Positions 16,427-22,580 of a stretch of DNA of 31,571 bases are shown here, in pieces; within the stretch, counting starts at the first letter, position 1, and each line of letters starts with the position of its first letter. A program made the position numbers and the translations under genes. Source of the stretch: a virus (lineage: Duplodnaviria; Caudoviricetes); the IMG/VR virus record IMGVR_UViG_3300029891_000080, positions 1-31,571 of that record; one strand, 5' to 3'. Under the pieces are notes generated by a model that saw only the letters and a list, made by a program, of their open reading frames with translations, was not told the origin of the DNA and searched no databases.

Positions 16427-16455
16427 AATATAGCCATGATCACCATCGAACTCAA
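16427..16455 (-). promoter_or_regulatory. sigma70-like promoter for the ncRNA
   Basis: Minus strand TTGAGT (16455-16450), 17-nt spacer, TATATT (16432-16427); A at 16420 is 7 nt downstream and abuts the closing stem. Confidence 0.7.
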
Positions 16456-16939
16456 GGATGCCGAGGTCAGCGCGATCCTCAATCGGCTGGGCGCCGCGAT
16501 GTCGGACCTGACGCCGGTGATGCAGGAGATCGGCGAGCAGCTGGTGTTCGAGACCGAGCAGCGGTTTGCCCAAGGCGTGTCGCCAGGGGGTGCCCCTTGG
16601 GCGCCGAAGTCGGAGACGACGCTCGAGGCCTATGCCCGCCGCGGCGACAAGATCGACTTCCGGCCGCTCTTTGGCCCGAGCGGCAGGTTGCATTCGACGA
16701 TCGATTATCGCGCGGGATCGGATTTCGTCGAAGTCGGGTCGGGTGCCGTCTACGCCGCGGTGATGCAGTTCGGCGCGGGCAAGGGGGCGTTCGGGGTCGA
16801 CGCCGCAGGCCACCCGATCCCATGGGGGCCGATTCCTGCGCGGCCGTTCATCGGGATTTCCGAGATCGATCGCGCCAATATCATCGCCACGGTGACCGTG
16901 TGGATTGAAGGGCTCGCGGCGGGCAGCGACGGGGCTTGA
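16436..16939 (+). CDS. Virion morphogenesis protein (Mu G/gp31), 167 aa
   Basis: ATG 16436 after AGAGG; DLTPVMQEIG, RF...SPGGAPWAP, VGSGAVYAAVMQFG, IPARPFIG. Confidence 0.92.
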   Translation: MITIELKDAEVSAILNRLGAAMSDLTPVMQEIGEQLVFETEQRFAQGVSPGGAPWAPKSETTLEAYARRGDKIDFRPLFGPSGRLHSTIDYRAGSDFVEVGSGAVYAAVMQFGAGKGAFGVDAAGHPIPWGPIPARPFIGISEIDRANIIATVTVWIEGLAAGSDGA

Positions 16940-16991
16940 CCGCCTGGCGCGCGCGGGTGCAGCATTGATCCATCCCGGGTAGCCCGCGTCT

Positions 16992-17037
16992 CCGCACACC
17001 GTTGCGGATGTAACGCGAAGCGATCGGCGGCGATGAT
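16992..17037 (+). promoter_or_regulatory. Candidate late promoter (PI-like)
   Basis: CCGCACACCGTTGCGGATG-21 nt-GATGAT; matches 8903-8948. Confidence 0.75.
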
Positions 17038-17044
17038 CGCCGCC

Positions 17045-18109
17045 ATGAACACCAGGCATCTCACTCTCACCCCGGTCTTGATGGCCGCCCAGGACGCCGC
17101 TGCCAACGCGGCGGCGCCCGACTGGGTGCATCTTCTGCCGGGCAGCGCGGGCGGGATCAGAACCGCCGACGCGCGAGGCCCCTATCATGTGACCGATCCC
17201 GCCACGCTGATCACCGCGTCCTTCGCCGAAGCCGACCGGCTGCCGATCGACGAAAATCATGCGACCGACCTCGCGGCGCCGCTGGGGCAGCCTTCGCCCG
17301 CGCGCGGCTGGATCGTCGAGATGCAGGCCCGTGCCGACGGCATTTGGGGCCGCGTCGAATGGACAGAGGCGGGGCGTGCGCTGGTCGCCGACCGCGCCTA
17401 TCGGGCGATTTCCCCTGTCGTGCTGCACGACACCGCCAAGGCGATCACGCGGATCCTGCGTGCGAGCCTCGTCAACCGACCCAACCTGCGCGGACTGGCC
17501 GCGCTCAATCAGGAGAGCGATGTGAAACCGCTTCTGGAACGACTGGCCGAGCTTTTCGGCCTCGACGCGGCCTCCGGTGAGGACGCCGTTTTCAACGCCG
17601 CTCAGGCGGCGAAGGGCGCCGGTGCTCCGGCGCTGCAATCGCAACTGGCCGAAATCGGTCAGGTGTTCGGCGTCACCGGCGACGGTGCAGTTGTGCTTGA
17701 GGCCGCGCGCAAGGCGGCACAAAAGCCGGGCGAGGCGCCCCAGGTGGTGGCGCTGCAGGCCGAGCTGACCACGGTCACCACACGCCTCAACACACTGACT
17801 GAAAGCGTGGCGCGTGAGAAGGCGACGGGCTTTGTCGACGGCGCGATCCAGGCGGGCCGGGTCGGCGTGAAGCCTCTGCGCGAGCACTACATCGCCATGC
17901 ACATGGAAGATGCCGCGCGCGTCGAAAAGGAAATTGGCGCGCTGCCGATCCTCGGTCGCTCGGGCACTGTTGCCGCCGCGCCGTCTTCGCCCGCGGGCGA
18001 GATCGCGCTGCAATCCGAGCAGACGGCCGCCGTCAAGATGCTCGGCCTCGATCCCACGAAATATGCCGCGACGCTCAAAGCCGAGCGCGCCCATGAGGAG
18101 GCTCTCTGA
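17045..18109 (+). CDS. Prohead protease I with C-terminal scaffold region (Mu gp32), ~354 aa
   Basis: WVHLLP, PIDENH, PARGWI, GIWGRVEWT, YRAISPV, ASLVNRPNL; start 17045 preferred over 17033. Confidence 0.92.
   Translation: MNTRHLTLTPVLMAAQDAAANAAAPDWVHLLPGSAGGIRTADARGPYHVTDPATLITASFAEADRLPIDENHATDLAAPLGQPSPARGWIVEMQARADGIWGRVEWTEAGRALVADRAYRAISPVVLHDTAKAITRILRASLVNRPNLRGLAALNQESDVKPLLERLAELFGLDAASGEDAVFNAAQAAKGAGAPALQSQLAEIGQVFGVTGDGAVVLEAARKAAQKPGEAPQVVALQAELTTVTTRLNTLTESVAREKATGFVDGAIQAGRVGVKPLREHYIAMHMEDAARVEKEIGALPILGRSGTVAAAPSSPAGEIALQSEQTAAVKMLGLDPTKYAATLKAERAHEEAL
17522..18109 (+). CDS. Scaffolding protein Z from an internal in-frame start, 195 aa
   Basis: AGGAGAG SD then in-frame GTG immediately after the protease domain, as for Mu I/Z. 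Confidence 0.7.
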   Translation: MKPLLERLAELFGLDAASGEDAVFNAAQAAKGAGAPALQSQLAEIGQVFGVTGDGAVVLEAARKAAQKPGEAPQVVALQAELTTVTTRLNTLTESVAREKATGFVDGAIQAGRVGVKPLREHYIAMHMEDAARVEKEIGALPILGRSGTVAAAPSSPAGEIALQSEQTAAVKMLGLDPTKYAATLKAERAHEEAL

Positions 18110-18543
18110 TGTCTGCCCTGACCCAAGACCGCAACACGCCGATGGCGCTTGGTGATCTGCGCGAAGGCGCGGTTGCCGCCGCCGTAAAGCTTTTCGCAGG
18201 TGCCATCGTGATGCGCAACGCCACCGGGTTCCTCACGCCGGGCGCCACCGCGACCGGGCTGGTCGGTGTCGGCCGAGCCGAGGCGCAGTTCGACAACTCG
18301 GCTGGTGCTGCTGGCGATATCCAGGCGCGCTATCGCCCCGGCGTCTACCGTTATGCCAACTCGGCCGCGGCCGACGCGATCACGGCCGCCGAGATCGGGA
18401 AGGCCTGTTACGCGGTCGATGACCAGACGGTCGCCAAGACCTCTGCCACCAACACCCGCTCAAAAGCGGGGGTGGTCGAGATGGTCGATGCCCAGGGCGT
18501 CTGGGTGCGTTTTGACGAAGCCCTGACCCGCGTCACGGCCTGA
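18109..18543 (+). CDS. Putative capsid decoration protein, 144 aa
   Basis: Between protease and capsid; LTQDRNT, CYAVDDQTV, GVWV motifs. Confidence 0.75.
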   Translation: MSALTQDRNTPMALGDLREGAVAAAVKLFAGAIVMRNATGFLTPGATATGLVGVGRAEAQFDNSAGAAGDIQARYRPGVYRYANSAAADAITAAEIGKACYAVDDQTVAKTSATNTRSKAGVVEMVDAQGVWVRFDEALTRVTA

Positions 18544-18557
18544 GAGGAGCAACCCTG

Positions 18558-19451
18558 ATGATCATCAATTCCGCCAACCTCGACGCCCTGCGCGTCGGTT
18601 TCAAGACCTCTTTCCAGGGAGGTCTTGGGCAAGCTGCAAGCCAGCACCTGCGTATTTCCACGGTCGTTCCCGCGACCACGAAGGAGCAGAAGTATGGCTG
18701 GCTCGGCAAGATCCCGAACGTGCGCGAATGGATCGGCCCGCGTGCTGTACAGAACCTGCAAAGCCACGACTACGCGATCAAGGAAAAGCCGTGGGAGCTG
18801 ACCATCGGTGTCGATCGCGACGACATTGAAACCGATAACCTCGGGATTTACGCGCCGATGTTCGCCGAGATGGGCCAGTCGACCGGCTCGAAATGGGACA
18901 TGCTGGTGTTCGATCTGCTGAAGGCCGGATTTGCCACCGAGTGTTACGACGGTCAGTACTTCTTTGACACCGACCACCCGGTGCTCGACGCCGACGGGGC
19001 CCCGGTCTCGGTCGCCAACACCGACGGCGGCGCCGGTACGCCCTGGTTCCTGCTTGACGTCAGCCGCATGCTGAAGCCGATCATCTTGCAAAAGCGCAAG
19101 GATTTCGAGTTCGTCGCCATTGACCGGCTGACCGACGACAACGTTTTCCGGAACAAGGAATTCCAGTACGGGGCAGACGCGCGGGGCAATGCGGGCTTCG
19201 GCTTCTGGCAATTCGCCTGGGGTTCGAAGCAGACCCTCGACGCCACCCACTACGCAACAGCGCGTGCGGCGCTGAGCGGCATGAAGGGCGACTATGGCCG
19301 CCCGATCGGGATCATGCCGAACCTTCTGGTGGTGCCGCCTGCGCTCGAAAGTGCGGCGCGCAAGATCCTGAACTCGGAATACGCCACGGGCGGCGAGACC
19401 AACGAGTGGAAAGGCACCGCCGAACTTCTGGTCGTGCCCTGGCTCGCCTGA
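18558..19451 (+). CDS. Major capsid protein (Mu gpT), 297 aa
   Basis: YGWLGKIPNVREWIGPR, VDRDDIE, CYDGQYFFDTDHPV, GFGFWQFAW, LLVVPWL. Confidence 0.96.
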   Translation: MIINSANLDALRVGFKTSFQGGLGQAASQHLRISTVVPATTKEQKYGWLGKIPNVREWIGPRAVQNLQSHDYAIKEKPWELTIGVDRDDIETDNLGIYAPMFAEMGQSTGSKWDMLVFDLLKAGFATECYDGQYFFDTDHPVLDADGAPVSVANTDGGAGTPWFLLDVSRMLKPIILQKRKDFEFVAIDRLTDDNVFRNKEFQYGADARGNAGFGFWQFAWGSKQTLDATHYATARAALSGMKGDYGRPIGIMPNLLVVPPALESAARKILNSEYATGGETNEWKGTAELLVVPWLA

Positions 19452-19466
19452 CGCTCGGTTTTTCCA

Positions 19467-19493
19467 GAGGGGGCGGGTGCCGCTCGCCCCCTT
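19467..19493 (+). other. Stem-loop downstream of the capsid gene
   Basis: GAGGGGGCGGG-tgccg-CTCGCCCCCTT, 11 bp including G-U; no U-tract. Confidence 0.65.
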
Positions 19494-19517
19494 CGATAAG
19501 CCAAGAGGAGAAAAGCG

Positions 19518-19850
19518 ATGGCACGAAAGCCCAAGACGCTGCCCGCGGGCACCGACCCTGTGCAAGTCAACCCCGCCGCCCATGAGCAGACGGGGACCGC
19601 CGGGGAGGCGGCAGTCGCGCAAGCGGTCGACCTCCCCGGCAACATCGTCGCGCCCGGGGCGCCGCAGGTGATCCCGCGCGGCACCGAGGCTGTGATGCTG
19701 ACGATCACCGGCCCGAAACACGGCCGCCGCCGCATCGGGCGCCAGTTCGGGACTGAGCCGGTGGTGATTGCCGCGGCCGATCTGACCGAAGCCGAGCGTT
19801 CGGCGCTGGCAGCCGATCCACTTTTGAAGATCGACGTCAGCGCCAGCTGA
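19518..19850 (+). CDS. Hypothetical protein (Mu gp35 position), 110 aa
   Basis: GAGGAG SD; GRRRIGRQF...LAADPLL motif. Confidence 0.8.
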   Translation: MARKPKTLPAGTDPVQVNPAAHEQTGTAGEAAVAQAVDLPGNIVAPGAPQVIPRGTEAVMLTITGPKHGRRRIGRQFGTEPVVIAAADLTEAERSALAADPLLKIDVSAS

Positions 19851-19856
19851 CGCGAC

Positions 19857-19930
19857 GGGCCGATTGTTCCCCCCCGGCCCCGATGCTCCTGCCAAGGAGC
19901 CTGCCTGGCGGCGGTGATGTCGCCGCCAGG
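19857..19930. other. Three tandem intergenic hairpins
   Basis: GGGCCG/CGGCCC, GCTCCT/AGGAGC, CCTGGCGGCG/CGCCGCCAGG. Confidence 0.6.
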
Positions 19931-19958
19931 ACCCTGAAACCCGGAAAGGCCAAGGCGC

Positions 19959-20387
19959 ATGTCCTACATCACGCAAGCCACGCTGACCGACCGCTTTGGC
20001 GCGCACATGCTGGTGGCACTGACCGACCGGGGCGACGTTGCCACCGGCGCGATTGATGCCGTCGTGGTGGCGCGGGCGCTCGCCGATACCGATGCCGTGA
20101 TCGATGGCTATCTGGCCGCGCGCTACGCGCTGCCGCTGGCTGAGGTGCCCGCGCTCATCGCCGACATCGCGGGCGCGATCGCGATCTGGAAGCTGCATCT
20201 TGCAGCCGCCGATCCGAAGATCGAAGCCGATTACAAGGACGCAATCCGCATGCTGCGCGACATCGCCTCGGGCGCGGTGCGACTGTCGGTGGCAGGTGCC
20301 GAGCTCGGCGTCAGCGGCGGCACCGGCGTGCGCATCACCGACCGTGAACGGCCGCTGACCGAGGCGAACATGAAAGGCTTCATCTGA
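19959..20387 (+). CDS. Head-tail adaptor (Mu gp36, DUF1320), 142 aa
   Basis: MSYIT, IDGYLAARYALPL, YKDAIRMLRDIASG. Confidence 0.92.
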   Translation: MSYITQATLTDRFGAHMLVALTDRGDVATGAIDAVVVARALADTDAVIDGYLAARYALPLAEVPALIADIAGAIAIWKLHLAAADPKIEADYKDAIRMLRDIASGAVRLSVAGAELGVSGGTGVRITDRERPLTEANMKGFI

Positions 20388-20821
20388 TGCTGGTCGCCGA
20401 TGTCATCGCCCGGATCGACGCCCAGGTGGTGGGCCTTGCAGGCCGCACCGAGGGGGCGGCACAGTTCGCCGACCTGATGGCGCGCAAGGCGCTGCCGCAG
20501 GTGACGCCCGCCGCGCATGTGCTGCCGCTCGGGCTGCAAGGCGGGCAGGTGCAATCGGCGGCGGGCATGTTTGTGCAGGGCGTCGAGGAAGTGGTCGCGG
20601 TGGTGCTGACGTTTCGCTCGCACGAGCGCACCGGCAGCGGCGCGCTGGCGCCGCTCGACCAGGTGATCCGCGCGGTGATCGACGCGATTGCCGGCTGGGG
20701 GCCCGACTCCGCCGTTGGCGCGTTTTCACTCAGGCGCGGCGCGGTGATCAGCATGGCGGCTGGCACCATCGTCTACCAGCTCGAGTTTTCCATTTCCGAC
20801 CAGCTGAGGATTGCGACATGA
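20387..20821 (+). CDS. Tail terminator/completion protein (gp37 position), 144 aa
   Basis: TPAAHVLP, IAGWGP, YQLEF; synteny. Confidence 0.75.
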   Translation: MLVADVIARIDAQVVGLAGRTEGAAQFADLMARKALPQVTPAAHVLPLGLQGGQVQSAAGMFVQGVEEVVAVVLTFRSHERTGSGALAPLDQVIRAVIDAIAGWGPDSAVGAFSLRRGAVISMAAGTIVYQLEFSISDQLRIAT

Positions 20822-20955
20822 CCCACACCCTTCCCGCCGCGGGCGGCAGTTACATCCGCGCGACCGATGGCACGCTCAAGCCCGCCGGGGCACCCGAGGT
20901 GCCCGCCGCCACCCCGAAACCCGCCCCGAAACCTGCCCCGAAAAAGGAGGCGTAA
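20818..20955 (+). CDS. Small Pro/Lys-rich protein, 45 aa (not in ORF track)
   Basis: MTHTLPAAGGSYIRATDGTLKPAGAPEVPAATPKPAPKPAPKKEA; ATGA overlap; its stop abuts the tail tube start. Confidence 0.75.
   Translation: MTHTLPAAGGSYIRATDGTLKPAGAPEVPAATPKPAPKPAPKKEA
20912..20943 (+). repeat. 12-bp tandem repeat (~2.7 copies) encoding PKPA
   Basis: CCCCGAAACCCG CCCCGAAACCTG CCCCGAAA. Confidence 0.8.
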
Positions 20956-21888
20956 ATGGCCATTAAATGGCGCACAAAGATCCTGCTGGCCAAGATCGAA
21001 ACCAGCTACGGCGTCGATGCCGCCCCGAGCGGCGCGGCCAACGCTATCCTTGCCACCGATGTTGCATTGACACCGATGGATGGCTCCGACGTCAGCCGCA
21101 ATCTGGAACTGGCCTATCTCGGGGCGCAGGCGACGATCCCTGCGGAACTGAACGCCAAGCTCACCTTCAAGGTCGAGCTGGCAGGCTCCGGCGCAGCGGG
21201 CACTGCCCCGGCCTGGGGCCCGCTTCTGCGCGGCTGCGGCGTGGCTGAAGTGATCTCGGCCGGGGTGTCTGTTGCCTACAACCCGGTCAGCGAGGCCCAT
21301 GAGTCGTTGACGCTGCACCTCTGGATCGGCGACACGCGCTATGTGCTCAAGGGCGCGCGTGGCAACGCCAAGATCAACGTCGGTGCGCAGGCAATCCCCT
21401 ATCTCGAATTCAGTTTTACCGGGCTGTTCAGCGCACCCGCCGAGACCGCGCGCGTCATACCCACGCTTACCGGGTTCCAGAAACCCGACCTCGCCACCAG
21501 CGCAAACACGCCGGTGTTCACGCTCGATGCGGCGGCGCTGGTGCTGCGCTCGTTCGTGCTCGACCTTGGCAACCAGATCGAAAACCGCTTCCTGATCGGC
21601 TCCGAAGCGGTGCTGATCACCGAGAAAGCCGATACGATCGAGGCCAAGGTCGAAGCGGTGGCGCTGACAACCTTCAACCCGTTCGCGAAGGCGCTCGCGC
21701 AGGACAGTGTGGCGCTGGCGCTGACCCACGGCACGGTTGCGGGCCAGATAGCGGCGCTCAGTGTGCCCGCCGCGCAGATGCAGCGCCCGCAGGGGCTCGA
21801 GAACGCTCAGAACATCAAGGAATGGCCGCTGCGCCTGGTGCCGCTGCCCGGTACCGGCAACGACCAGTGGACCCTCACCCTCACCTGA
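20956..21888 (+). CDS. Tail tube (major tail) protein, 310 aa
   Basis: AGGAGG SD; LAKIETSYGVD, VELAGSGAAGTAPAWGPLLRGCG, GARG motifs; precedes the chaperones. Confidence 0.85.
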   Translation: MAIKWRTKILLAKIETSYGVDAAPSGAANAILATDVALTPMDGSDVSRNLELAYLGAQATIPAELNAKLTFKVELAGSGAAGTAPAWGPLLRGCGVAEVISAGVSVAYNPVSEAHESLTLHLWIGDTRYVLKGARGNAKINVGAQAIPYLEFSFTGLFSAPAETARVIPTLTGFQKPDLATSANTPVFTLDAAALVLRSFVLDLGNQIENRFLIGSEAVLITEKADTIEAKVEAVALTTFNPFAKALAQDSVALALTHGTVAGQIAALSVPAAQMQRPQGLENAQNIKEWPLRLVPLPGTGNDQWTLTLT

Positions 21889-21903
21889 TCCTGCGGAGAC
21901 AAC

Positions 21904-22233
21904 ATGTTCAAGATCATCCAGAACCCCGAGTTTACCCATGCCGTACCGGTGCAGGTGCCCGCCGACGGTGGCCACCGCGAAGAGGTGCTGAAGGCTCGGT
22001 TTCGCGTGCTTTCGGGCGCGGGCGATGACGTCTTTGCGCTGCGCACGAACGAGGAGATCGGCAGTTTCCTCGCCCGCGCCGTGGTGGGGCTGGAGGACAT
22101 TGTCGACGATGACGGCGCGCCGGTGCCCTATTCCGATGCGGTGCGCGACCAGGTTCTGGCACTTCCTTACGCACGCACGGCGCTGCTGCGCACCTATATC
22201 GCGGCAGTCACCAAGGCCCGCGCGGGAAACTGA
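21904..22233 (+). CDS. Tail assembly chaperone (G-like), 109 aa
   Basis: Between tube and tape measure; ends in slippery G GGA AAC TGA. Confidence 0.85.
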   Translation: MFKIIQNPEFTHAVPVQVPADGGHREEVLKARFRVLSGAGDDVFALRTNEEIGSFLARAVVGLEDIVDDDGAPVPYSDAVRDQVLALPYARTALLRTYIAAVTKARAGN

Positions 22234-22580
22234 CAGCCGCCGGGCGGGCCTGGGCGCGGGGCGAGCTTGGCGGGGCGGGCGAAGACGAGGCGGCGGCAGA
22301 TGCGCGCCGCTGGGGGCTGGAGCTGGAAGCGGGTGCGACGCCCGAGGCGGGCCCTGGCATCTGGGCGGAAAACCTTGCGGCTCTAGAGGCGTTTCTAAGC
22401 GTCGCGACACAGTGGAGGATGGTGGCAGGAATGGGCGGCGTGGCGGTGACAGGGCTTGATTATGCGGGCGCCCGCGCCGGGCTCGATCTGGCCGGGATCG
22501 CCATGACACCCACGCTTTGGGCTGATCTGCGACAGATCGAGCACGGCGCGGTGGCCGCGATGAACGAGGCGCGGCAATGA
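22224..22580 (+). CDS. Tail assembly chaperone extension (T-like, DUF1799-like) reached by -1 frameshift (not in ORF track)
   Basis: GGGAAAC at 22224-22230; -1 frame open to TGA 22578-22580, encoding WAENLAALEAFLSVATQWR...GLDY. Confidence 0.85.
   Translation, partial: GKLTAAGRAWARGELGGAGEDEAAADARRWGLELEAGATPEAGPGIWAENLAALEAFLSVATQWRMVAGMGGVAVTGLDYAGARAGLDLAGIAMTPTLWADLRQIEHGAVAAMNEARQ

Noticed and set aside
16158-16435. Protein immunity gene (67-aa minus ORF 16158..16361, or GTG 16382 extension of G)
   Set aside because: No convincing SD or domain; the first is antisense to the nuclease domain and the second overlaps the RNA, while G has a good SD at ATG 16436
16936-16989. TTGACC...CAGCAT promoter-like sequence and CGCGGG/CCCGCG inverted repeat in the G-I gap
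   Set aside because: 18-nt spacer, poor -10 and a short GC stem; too weak to call
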